33,728 nt of DNA from an uncultured Candidatus Saccharibacteria bacterium (GCA_964616385.1 CAZTTV010000002.1:1-33728), one strand, 5' to 3'. Positions 9,750 to 17,838 are shown, counted from the first letter of the stretch. Notes: a model not told the origin generated them from the sequence alone. Numbers and translations are program-made.

Positions 9750-9755
9750 AATTTT

Positions 9756-10853
9756 ATGAGCAGTCGTAGTAAAGTAGACAAAATCTTTTTTTGGACAGTT
9801 TTAACCCTTGTATTCGGAGGTTTTTTTGTTTTTATGTCAGCATCATTAGGGCTTGTTGCCAAAGACGGTTCATCACTTTTGTCGGTTGTTTTTAATCAAG
9901 CTTTTTTTGGAATATTTATAGGAATTAGTGTGCTAATTCTTTTCTCAAAAATAAATTATAAAAAATGGAAAAAGTATTCGCCACATATTTTAGTAATAAC
10001 ACTTATACTAACTGCGCTTGTTTTTGTACCAAAGGTAGGCATAAGTCATGGTGGAGCAACACGTTGGATTAATTTAGGTATATTTTCTTTACAACCAGTT
10101 GAACTTTTAAAGTTTGGTGTGATTTTATATTTAGCTTCTTGGTATTCATCCGTTGGCCAAAAAATAAGCACAATAAAGTATGGACTTTTGCCGTTAATAA
10201 TTGTTATCGGACTATCTGGAACAATTTTACTTTTACAACCAGATACAGGTTCTTTGCTTGTAATATTTGTAACATCTATGTCTATATTTCTTATTGGAGG
10301 AGGTAAATGGAAACATATTATAGGAATTATAGTTTTTGCAATAGCAGGATTTGCTGTATTTGTAATCAAGAAGCCATATATTTTAGAAAGATTGTATACT
10401 TTCATAGACCCCTCCAGAGACCCTACTGGAGCGAGTTGGCAGTTACAACAATCACTAATTGCAGTAGGGTCTGGAGGTATTTTTGGTAAAGGATTTGGAC
10501 AGAGTATCCAAAAATTTAGTTTTTTACCAGAACCAACGAGTGACTCAATATTTGCCGTCGCAGCAGAAGAATTTGGGTTTTTAGGCTCCATGGTTGTTCT
10601 AGCTATATTTATAGTATTTTTGTTTCGTGGACTTAAATTATCACAAAAAGCTCCTGATTTATTTGGTAGACTTTTTGTCTCTGGGATTGTTATAATGATC
10701 GTGTTTCAAGCGTTTATAAATATAGCTGCAATGATAGGGATATTCCCACTCACAGGGATTCCTCTACCATTTATAAGCCATGGTGGTACTGCGCTATTGG
10801 TAACTTTAGCTGAAGTAGGTATAATTTTAAATATATCAAGATATCAAAAGTAG
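9756..10853 (+). CDS. ftsW: SEDS-family peptidoglycan glycosyltransferase FtsW
   Basis: LQPDTGS, SDSIFAVAAEEFGFLG and PLPFISHGGTALL motifs. It sits between mraY and murG. Confidence 0.87.
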   Translation: MSSRSKVDKIFFWTVLTLVFGGFFVFMSASLGLVAKDGSSLLSVVFNQAFFGIFIGISVLILFSKINYKKWKKYSPHILVITLILTALVFVPKVGISHGGATRWINLGIFSLQPVELLKFGVILYLASWYSSVGQKISTIKYGLLPLIIVIGLSGTILLLQPDTGSLLVIFVTSMSIFLIGGGKWKHIIGIIVFAIAGFAVFVIKKPYILERLYTFIDPSRDPTGASWQLQQSLIAVGSGGIFGKGFGQSIQKFSFLPEPTSDSIFAVAAEEFGFLGSMVVLAIFIVFLFRGLKLSQKAPDLFGRLFVSGIVIMIVFQAFINIAAMIGIFPLTGIPLPFISHGGTALLVTLAEVGIILNISRYQK

Positions 10854-10874
10854 ATTTAAATAAAAAATAAAATA

Positions 10875-12002
10875 ATGAAAATACTATTAACAGGTGGGGG
10901 TACTGGTGGACATTTTTATCCACTTATAGCCGTTGCACAAGAAATAAATAGAATATCTGAACAAAAACATCTTTTATCAAGTGAGTTATATTTACTAGCT
11001 CCAGAACCATATGATGAGAAGTTACTTTTTGAGAATGGAATAAAATTTGTAAAAATACCAGCAGGGAAAATAAGAAGATATTTCTCATTACTAAATATTA
11101 CGGACTTAATAAAAACGTCAGTAGGTCTTATAAGTGCATTGTTGCAAGTATATAAGATTTTTCCAGATGTTATTTTTGCAAAAGGAGGGTATGTAAGTTT
11201 CCCGATTTTATTTGCAGGTAGACTTTTTGGTATACCAATAATAATTCATGAATCAGATTCTGTACCTGGAAAAACGAATATTTGGGCAGGCAAGTTTGCA
11301 AAAAGAATTGCTATATCTTATCAAAATGCAGCACAATATTTTCCAGAAGATAAAGTTGCGCTAACAGGAAATCCAATAAGACGTGAAATGCTGATACCAC
11401 AGAAAAATGGAGCGTATGAATTTTTAAAACTCGAAAGTAAGATACCTGTAATTTTAATTCTAGGTGGGTCTCAGGGTTCAAAAAATATAAACGATGCTGT
11501 TCTTGATATACTACCTACGATACTTGAAAAATACCAAATAATACATCAAACGGGCGAAAAGAATTTTGATGAAGTTAGTAATCTTTCTTCTGTTGTACTA
11601 AAAGATAGTAAGCTTAAAGATAGATATAAAATATACCCATATCTAAATGATCTTGCTCAAAAGATGTCAGCTGGAGTTTCAGATCTTGTGGTATCTAGGG
11701 CTGGGTCTGCTATCTTTGAAATAGCAAACTGGGGAATACCAAGCGTAATAATTCCAATATCAGACTCAAATGGAGATCATCAAAGAAAAAATGCTTTTAT
11801 ATATGCTGAATCAGGGGCATGTATTGTTATAGAAGAAAAAAATCTATCTACGAATTTAATATTATCTGAAATAGACAGACTCATGAGTAATGACAAGAAA
11901 AGAGAAGAAATGTCTAAAGCAGCTAAAAATTTTTCTCGTACAAACGCATCAGAGAAAATAGCAGATGAAATTATAAAAATGGCATTAAAGCATAGCGAGT
12001 AG
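10875..12002 (+). CDS. murG: UDP-N-acetylglucosamine--N-acetylmuramyl-(pentapeptide) pyrophosphoryl-undecaprenol N-acetylglucosamine transferase
   Basis: N-terminal GGGTGGHFYPLIAVA and GGSQGS; GT28 architecture and dcw context. Confidence 0.9.
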   Translation: MKILLTGGGTGGHFYPLIAVAQEINRISEQKHLLSSELYLLAPEPYDEKLLFENGIKFVKIPAGKIRRYFSLLNITDLIKTSVGLISALLQVYKIFPDVIFAKGGYVSFPILFAGRLFGIPIIIHESDSVPGKTNIWAGKFAKRIAISYQNAAQYFPEDKVALTGNPIRREMLIPQKNGAYEFLKLESKIPVILILGGSQGSKNINDAVLDILPTILEKYQIIHQTGEKNFDEVSNLSSVVLKDSKLKDRYKIYPYLNDLAQKMSAGVSDLVVSRAGSAIFEIANWGIPSVIIPISDSNGDHQRKNAFIYAESGACIVIEEKNLSTNLILSEIDRLMSNDKKREEMSKAAKNFSRTNASEKIADEIIKMALKHSE

Positions 12003-12025
12003 GGTTTAGCGCGTCTTTTTATTGA

Positions 12026-13414
12026 ATGATAAATATAACGAATATGAATTTATTATCTATTTTTAATATAAAAACAACAAAAAATAAAAAAAAGGGTATT
12101 GTGACACGGTTTCCACCATCACCTACTGGTTTTATGCATGTTGGTACAGCCAGAACTGCTTTGTTTAACTATCTTTTTACCAAAAAAATGGGAGGGAAGA
12201 TGCTTTTTCGTCTTGAAGATACAGACAAAGAGCGGTCAAAGAAAGAATATGAGAAAGATATATTAGATGGACTAAAATGGCTTGGTATAAAATATGATGG
12301 AGAAATAATAAGACAATCTGAAAGAACAGAAATTTATAGAAAATATTTACAAGATATGATAGATAGTGGGAGTGCATATGAATCTGAAGAAAATAAAGAT
12401 GGAACTGGAAAAATAATTAGATTTAAAAACCCAAATATAAAAATAAAATTCAATGACTTAATAAGAGGGGACATTGAATTTGATACAACAGAGTTGAAAG
12501 ATTTTGTAATTGCAAAAGATATGAATACACCACTTTATCATTTAGCAGTTGTTGTTGATGATTTTGAAATGGGCGTTACCCATATTATTCGCGGAGATGA
12601 TGGAATATCAAATACCCCAAGACAAATCCTTATTGGACGTACTATAGGCGCTCCAGAGCCCACATATGCACACATACCACTTATATTAGCATCAGATAAA
12701 AGTAAGCTATCAAAACGCCATGGAGCTGTGTCTGTAAACGAATACAGGGGAATGGGGTACTTGTCTGAGGCGATGGTTAATTTTCTTGCATTTATTGGCT
12801 GGCATCCAGATAATGATGATGAAATATTTAGTATAGAGGAATTGATTAAAGAGTTTGATATTAAGCGAGTTCAAAAAGGGGGTGCTGTATTTAATCAAGA
12901 AAAATTAGATTGGGTAAATAGGGAGTATATAAAAGCTCTTAATGATGAAGAAAAAGAGAAATTAATTTTGGAGTATTTACCTGAAGAGATAAAAAAATTA
13001 GATAAGTTCAATACTGAAATATTTAAAAAAATTGTACCAATTATAATTGAACGTATAGATAAATTTAGTGATATAAAAGATATGTCAGATAGGGGAGAGC
13101 TATCATATTTCTTTGAGATACCTTCGTACGAAAAAGAAAAATTAATATGGAAGAAGTCTGATTCAGAAAAAACAAAAGATAGCCTTGACGGTATTGTAAA
13201 AATATTACAAAGTATAGAATTTAAAAGTATAGAAAATATCAAAGAATCAATTTGGGATTTTGCAGAAGAGAAGGGTAGGGGGGATGTCTTATGGCCAATG
13301 AGATACGCTCTTTCTGGGTTGAATAAATCTCCAGATCCATTTACATTAGCATTTATACTAGGTAAAGAAGAAACTATCTTGAGAGTTAATAATGCACTAG
13401 AACTTTTTAAATAA
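12026..13414 (+). CDS. gltX: glutamate--tRNA ligase (start may be ATG 12044)
   Basis: VTRFPPSPTGFMHVGTARTALFNY (HIGH region) and KLSKRHG (KMSKS-type). Confidence 0.9.
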   Translation: MINITNMNLLSIFNIKTTKNKKKGIVTRFPPSPTGFMHVGTARTALFNYLFTKKMGGKMLFRLEDTDKERSKKEYEKDILDGLKWLGIKYDGEIIRQSERTEIYRKYLQDMIDSGSAYESEENKDGTGKIIRFKNPNIKIKFNDLIRGDIEFDTTELKDFVIAKDMNTPLYHLAVVVDDFEMGVTHIIRGDDGISNTPRQILIGRTIGAPEPTYAHIPLILASDKSKLSKRHGAVSVNEYRGMGYLSEAMVNFLAFIGWHPDNDDEIFSIEELIKEFDIKRVQKGGAVFNQEKLDWVNREYIKALNDEEKEKLILEYLPEEIKKLDKFNTEIFKKIVPIIIERIDKFSDIKDMSDRGELSYFFEIPSYEKEKLIWKKSDSEKTKDSLDGIVKILQSIEFKSIENIKESIWDFAEEKGRGDVLWPMRYALSGLNKSPDPFTLAFILGKEETILRVNNALELFK

Positions 13415-13462
13415 ACTTAACTCTTTGAGTTTATAAAGTACTAAATTAGATTTACAAAAGTT

Positions 13463-13471
13463 TGATATAAT
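13463..13471 (+). promoter_or_regulatory. extended -10 promoter TGATATAAT, 6 nt upstream of ATG 13478
   Basis: GTTTGATATAAT-ATAAAA-ATG read directly; no SD. Confidence 0.45.
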
Positions 13472-13477
13472 ATAAAA

Positions 13478-14803
13478 ATGTATATAAAAAGGCATGAGTT
13501 AATATCATTATTTCTTTTGACACTTATGTCATTGTTTGTATTGACTTCGCCAACATATGCAGGACTTATAAATGATTTAAAAAATAAAATATCTGACAAA
13601 ACCACAGGCATTAAACAACTTGAAAAAGAGATTGAACAATTTCAAGGACAACTAAATGAAGTAGGCAAAGAAAAAAACAGTCTCCAAAAAGAAATAAAAA
13701 CAATAGATATAACTAGAAAAAAACTATCAACAGGAATTAAAATTACACAAAAAAAAGTAACTTCAACATCTTTAAATATAAATAAGTTAAGTTTTAAAAT
13801 TTCTACAAAAAAGAAAGAGATTTCAAAAAGCACTGACATTGTTAAACGTACGATAAGAAAAATAAACGAGATAGATAACAGTTCACTCGTTGAACTAGTT
13901 CTTTCTAGTAATAATATTTCTGATTTTTGGGATGAGGTAGGGGATTTGGAGAGCTTCCAAATCAGTATGAGCAACAACACAAAAGAATTAAGAAAACTAA
14001 AAGGACAAATGGAGACGAATAAATCGGAAGTTGAGTTAGAGCGCAATAAACTTGTTTCTTATAAAGGCAGGCTATCTGATCAGAAAAAGGTTGTTGATAG
14101 AACCAAGAAAGCCAGAGCTCGTGTATTGGCTAAAACAAAAAACAAGGAATCCAATTACAAAAAACTACTGAAAGAAAAAATTGAATTAAAAAAAGCATTT
14201 GAGACTGAAATAATGAATTTTGAATCACAGCTTCGTATTGCGATAGACCCCAAAAGTCTTCCTAGTATTGGGTCAGGTGCTCTCACTTGGCCATTCTCTA
14301 ATGACTATATGCAACGATGCAAATCATACAAAGGGGCTCTTGGTAATGTATATTGCATTACACAATATTTTGGAAATACAAAATTTGCTAGCAGGGGAGC
14401 ATACAAAGGTAAAGGACATAACGGTACCGACTTTAGAGCTAGTATAGGAACACGCATAGGGGCCTCTTCTAGTGGGATTGTTGTTGGAACAGGTAACACT
14501 GACGCAATAAGAGGTTGCTACTCGTATGGAAAATGGGTTCTTGTACGCCATAACAATGGACTCTCTACGCTATATGCGCACATGAGCTTAATAAAAGTAA
14601 AAGCTGGTCAAGAACTATCTACGGGCTCTCTTGTCGGATACAGTGGAAATAGCGGGTATTCTACTGGACCGCATCTTCATTTAACAGTCTATGCAACTCA
14701 GGGTGTAAAAATTAAAAAATTTACAAGAAGTATAAATTGCAAAAACGCATATATACCAATTGCACCACTTAATGCATACTTGAATCCATTAGATTATTTA
14801 TAA
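13478..14803 (+). CDS. M23-family peptidoglycan metalloendopeptidase with signal peptide and long coiled-coil N-terminal region (EnvC-like architecture)
   Basis: HxxxD (GHNGTDFRA) and HxH (GPHLHLTVY), plus YAHMS. About 250 aa of K/E-rich heptad-like sequence. Confidence 0.85.
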   Translation: MYIKRHELISLFLLTLMSLFVLTSPTYAGLINDLKNKISDKTTGIKQLEKEIEQFQGQLNEVGKEKNSLQKEIKTIDITRKKLSTGIKITQKKVTSTSLNINKLSFKISTKKKEISKSTDIVKRTIRKINEIDNSSLVELVLSSNNISDFWDEVGDLESFQISMSNNTKELRKLKGQMETNKSEVELERNKLVSYKGRLSDQKKVVDRTKKARARVLAKTKNKESNYKKLLKEKIELKKAFETEIMNFESQLRIAIDPKSLPSIGSGALTWPFSNDYMQRCKSYKGALGNVYCITQYFGNTKFASRGAYKGKGHNGTDFRASIGTRIGASSSGIVVGTGNTDAIRGCYSYGKWVLVRHNNGLSTLYAHMSLIKVKAGQELSTGSLVGYSGNSGYSTGPHLHLTVYATQGVKIKKFTRSINCKNAYIPIAPLNAYLNPLDYL

Positions 14804-14840
14804 TTGCATTTTAAGTATTTAAAATATATTATTAAAGGTA

Positions 14841-15167
14841 ATGAAAACAATAAGGAATCAAAAAGGTTTTATTAAGTGGATAATAATATTTATTATATTC
14901 ATAATGATAATGAGCTATTTTGGCATAGATTTGAGGGCAATAGTCGAATCTCCAGCTTCACAAGGTAATTTAGGATATATATGGAGTTTAAGTAGTACAG
15001 TTTGGAATAATTATTTGAAGAGCCCGGTTCTTTATTTTTGGAATAATATTTTTATAAACTTACTTTGGAATTCTTTTATTGATAGTCTAGATAGAATAAA
15101 GAATGTGCAACCTAGTAGTCTTAAGATAAATGTACCAAAGATTGGAACTAGTACAGTGTCTTATTAG
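14841..15167 (+). CDS. hypothetical small membrane protein
   Basis: 108-aa ORF with an N-terminal TM helix (WIIIFIIFIMIMSYFG). No other motifs. Confidence 0.45.
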   Translation: MKTIRNQKGFIKWIIIFIIFIMIMSYFGIDLRAIVESPASQGNLGYIWSLSSTVWNNYLKSPVLYFWNNIFINLLWNSFIDSLDRIKNVQPSSLKINVPKIGTSTVSY

Positions 15168-15350
15168 AGTTTTTATTGAGTAAGAATACATACTAGAGTG
15201 CCGAGAATGTATATTGTGCGACACTGATATATTAACTCTATTCTTTATAAAATAGGTGAATTTTATCTCTAAAGGTACTCTACCCCACCTACTTAATTTA
15301 ATGTACTTTGTTGTATACAATTAATGTATCTACGCAACAAAATGCCTAAT

Positions 15351-15384
15351 AAAAAACAGTAACTTTCAAAAGTTACTGTTTTTT
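15351..15384. terminator. bidirectional intrinsic terminator
   Basis: A6-CAGTAACTT-TCAA-AAGTTACTG-T6. It lies 10 nt downstream of the minus-strand transglycosylase stop and downstream of the plus-strand gene at 14841. Confidence 0.7.
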
Positions 15385-15393
15385 ATATTTCTC

Positions 15394-15885
15394 TTATTTC
15401 ATAGCAATTTCTGCATACTTTCCCCAACATTTAGATGAAGATGCCCATGGTGCGGTACCTTCTCTCTTATAAAGCCATTTTGCGTATGCCATGTTCCCTT
15501 TTAGTGAGTAGATGTTATACCCAAGCCTCTTTGCCGTATCTTTATGGTAATATTCATTTATTTGCATCATTCCCACATCTTTAGGTGTAATTCTGCCTCG
15601 CAAAATAGTACCATCATCGTTAAAATGTTTTAGATTAGATTCACACCAAGCTATTTTTTCTAATATAGGTGTGTCTTTGAAATAATCCTCAACCTGAGTT
15701 TTAACAGATAGATTATTCGTGTTTGATCTAAGTGCCTTCCCTTCTACGATAATTTCACTTTCTATTTTTGTATCAAAACTTTGTTTCGGTACATTGTCTT
15801 TTCTTTCTAAAGAAAAGCTACCGATAAGTAATAATATTGTAGTTGTAATTTCTATTATAAGCCGTTTATTAGTTTTTAATTTAAT
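15394..15885 (-). CDS. membrane-anchored lytic transglycosylase (lysozyme-like, VirB1/IagB/SLT type); proposed non-canonical ATT start (ORF track gives only 15394..15603 from TTG)
   Basis: The frame is open from 15900 down. The extension encodes a signal anchor (KLKTNKRLIIEITTTILLLIGSFSL) and IAWCESNLKHFNDDGTILRGRITPKDVGMMQINEYYH, i.e. the catalytic Glu-Ser plus MQIN motif. Confidence 0.65.
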   Translation of the reverse strand: MKLKTNKRLIIEITTTILLLIGSFSLERKDNVPKQSFDTKIESEIIVEGKALRSNTNNLSVKTQVEDYFKDTPILEKIAWCESNLKHFNDDGTILRGRITPKDVGMMQINEYYHKDTAKRLGYNIYSLKGNMAYAKWLYKREGTAPWASSSKCWGKYAEIAMK

Positions 15886-15931
15886 TTGAACATTCTCAAA
15901 TTAAAAATCCGGGCAAACCCGAATTTGCCTT

Positions 15932-15960
15932 ATACTAACATACAGGAATTCAGTTGTCAA
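15932..15960 (-). promoter_or_regulatory. sigma70-like promoter TTGACA-17 nt-TAGTAT (with TG extension) upstream of the transglycosylase gene
   Basis: Minus strand reads TTGACAACTGAATTCCTGTATGTTAGTAT. A short hairpin (15925..15906, AATTCGGG/CCCGGATT) plus a T-run follows. Confidence 0.4.
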
Positions 15961-16048
15961 TAGAGTACAATACTTTTTCAATATGACAATAGCGATTAAA
16001 TGGCTCTAAATAAGTATATCTGGGATACTCTTAATCATTATCCACAGT

Positions 16049-16672
16049 TTATTTTATAGGGCAGTTGTTATGATTATGCTTTTTTGCTGGACAATATCTC
16101 CTGCCATACTCAATCATATAATTAGTAAAACTTCCCCACTCTTTTTTGGGTATAATTTTCATTAAATCTTTTTCTATCTTTACTGGTTCTTTATTGTCCG
16201 TCAGTCCAAGTTTTTGTGAGAGTCTTATTACATGTGTATCAACAGCGATACCTTCGATAACTCCATACGCAACACGCAAGACAACATTTGCAGTCTTCCG
16301 CGACACTCCTGGTAATTTCAAAATATTCTCCATTGTATTTGGTACTTTTCTATTAAAATTTTCTTTGATTATTTTTACAGATTTTAGTATATTCTTTGTT
16401 TTATTTTTATAAAATCCAGTAGAATAAATATCCTTTTCAAATTCTAAATAGTTTGCATTTACATAATCATCAAGTTTTTTGTATTTTTTAAAAAGCTTTT
16501 TTGTAACCTCATTCACTTTTTTATCAGTACACTGCGCAGATAGTATGACAGCAATTAACAGTTCCAGATTATTAGAATAGTTTAGTGTAATTTTTGCGTC
16601 TGGTACTATTTTCTTTAGTTGGCTTATTACTTTTCGGACGATTATCTTTTTATCTTTTGTATCATTTCTCAT
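16049..16672 (-). CDS. nth: endonuclease III-like HhH-GPD DNA glycosylase/lyase lacking the canonical 4-Cys cluster motif (ORF track start GTG 16678)
   Basis: LSAQCTDKKVN, HhH LPGVSRKTANVVL (catalytic Lys) and AVDTHVIRL (Asp). The C-terminus is YCPAKKHNHNNCPIK. Confidence 0.82.
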   Translation of the reverse strand: MRNDTKDKKIIVRKVISQLKKIVPDAKITLNYSNNLELLIAVILSAQCTDKKVNEVTKKLFKKYKKLDDYVNANYLEFEKDIYSTGFYKNKTKNILKSVKIIKENFNRKVPNTMENILKLPGVSRKTANVVLRVAYGVIEGIAVDTHVIRLSQKLGLTDNKEPVKIEKDLMKIIPKKEWGSFTNYMIEYGRRYCPAKKHNHNNCPIK

Positions 16673-16781
16673 ATACACTTATTTTTAACATAAAAAACGG
16701 AGTGGGAGAAATTTTCTCCCACTCCTTTATACAGCATCCATCATCACAATGGGCAGTACGCGGTATCACAAACCTCTTCAT
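16662..16781 (-). CDS. candidate small ORF, 39 aa, Cys-rich (MKRFVIPRTAHCDDGCCIKEWEKISPTPFFMLKISVYEK)
   Basis: Strong SD (AAAGGAGGTGA) 7 nt before the ATG at 16781 and a promoter-like TTGACA/TATAAC upstream. The ORF is below the ORF-track size cutoff. It contains the terminator hairpin and overlaps the nth start. Confidence 0.3.
   Translation of the reverse strand: MKRFVIPRTAHCDDGCCIKEWEKISPTPFFMLKISVYEK
16692..16725 (-). terminator. intrinsic terminator (12-bp perfect stem GGAGTGGGAGAA/TTCTCCCACTCC, 3-nt loop, T6)
   Basis: Read directly on the minus strand, downstream of the PurC-like gene and immediately upstream of nth. Confidence 0.65.
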
Positions 16782-16804
16782 TTTTTTATCACCTCCTTTA
16801 TTTC

Positions 16805-16834
16805 GTTATATCTTTAGTATACCAAACGTGTCAA
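16805..16834 (-). promoter_or_regulatory. sigma70-like promoter TTGACA-18 nt-TATAAC
   Basis: Minus strand reads TTGACACGTTTGGTATACTAAAGATATAAC, 15 nt after the PurC-like stop and about 10 nt before the SD of the sORF. Confidence 0.4.
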
Positions 16835-16848
16835 GTCTAATTTTGTAT

Positions 16849-17754
16849 TTACCCCATATGACTAGACTGGAATTCCTTCAATGTCATACCAGTTAAAATA
16901 CGAAATAGTTGTAAATACCTTTGACTACCCTCTTCAATAACGTCTTCTGGAAATTTAATAGGTACTTTTTTATTAACACCCCAATCTTTTTCTGCATATT
17001 GTCTGAAAATTTCTTTATCCAACCATTTAGGATTACCATCTTCATTAATATCTTCATTAAAGACAAAACGTGATGAGTCTGGTGTGATAATTTCATCAGC
17101 AATTATATTATTACTACATTCAAGTTTGGTATCTACAATATCTATACCACGACTCAAAGCAAACTTCCTGCACAAACGATACACTTTTTTAGTAAGCCAA
17201 TATTCGTTTGAGTAATTCATAGCTGTATCTACACTATTTAATGGATCATCCGTCTCAGATTTGTCAGTTGGGGTAAAGGCCGGGTCTTTTAGGAAACTCA
17301 TATTTTTAAGTCCTCGCGGTAGCATTATACCATAAGGATTTTCTATATCTTTTGCATAATATTTTTTATATAGACTTCCCGTAAGGTAGTGCCTCCATAT
17401 AAATTCAATCGGTATCATGTCTAATTTTTTTACGATCAACGCTCGAAGATGTAAATCATCTGGGTAATTCCCAATTGGAATATATTTATAAATATCTTTT
17501 CCACATGCAATTACATGATGAGCAATATTCCATTTCTTAAATATTTCTTCCACCCAAAAAATAGTCATAGCAGTCAGTACCTCAGCCTTAAACGGTATAA
17601 GGCTTTTATGTACAATATTGTGTGTACTAAGTCTGTTTGTTGCTACTTGTAAAATATAACCCTCGTTTTTATAGGGTAAGTAAGTGTCCCTTACTTTTCC
17701 TTGTGAGTATAATTCCAAAGAATCAATCTCTGGACTATGTTTTATTGTCGTCAT
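16849..17754 (-). CDS. purC: phosphoribosylaminoimidazole-succinocarboxamide (SAICAR) synthase-like protein, long form, divergent
   Basis: GKVRDTY, FTPTDKSE, IVDTKLE, ADEIITPDSSRF and LDKEIFRQY are collinear with long-form PurC. SD AAGGAGA lies 5 nt before the ATG. Confidence 0.75.
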   Translation of the reverse strand: MTTIKHSPEIDSLELYSQGKVRDTYLPYKNEGYILQVATNRLSTHNIVHKSLIPFKAEVLTAMTIFWVEEIFKKWNIAHHVIACGKDIYKYIPIGNYPDDLHLRALIVKKLDMIPIEFIWRHYLTGSLYKKYYAKDIENPYGIMLPRGLKNMSFLKDPAFTPTDKSETDDPLNSVDTAMNYSNEYWLTKKVYRLCRKFALSRGIDIVDTKLECSNNIIADEIITPDSSRFVFNEDINEDGNPKWLDKEIFRQYAEKDWGVNKKVPIKFPEDVIEEGSQRYLQLFRILTGMTLKEFQSSHMG

Positions 17755-17829
17755 TCAATTCTCCTTTTTAAAATAACTTCCATGTACAATACTGGCAAAA
17801 TTATATAAGTATGTCAAACAATCTTTTTT

Positions 17830-17838
17830 TGGTATTAT
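17830..17838 (+). promoter_or_regulatory. extended -10 promoter TGGTATTAT, 7 nt upstream of ATG 17846
   Basis: Read directly. It suggests the nuclease gene starts at 17846 (MRTSYSALDTF) rather than 17837. Confidence 0.35.

Noticed and set aside
15883-15893. Programmed -1 frameshift joining the out-of-frame ATG (15893..15891) to the transglycosylase frame.
   Set aside because: There is no canonical X-XXY-YYZ slippery heptamer and no downstream stimulatory structure. A non-canonical start or an assembly indel is a simpler explanation. The ambiguity is kept in the findings.
16038-16046. A perfect DnaA-box consensus, TTATCCACA, lies just downstream of nth. Two TCCACA cores lie upstream of dnaB (about 24030..24052). 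I considered a replication origin.
   Set aside because: There is only one consensus box, no cluster, no adjacent dnaA/dnaN and no AT-rich unwinding element that stands out from the already AT-rich background.
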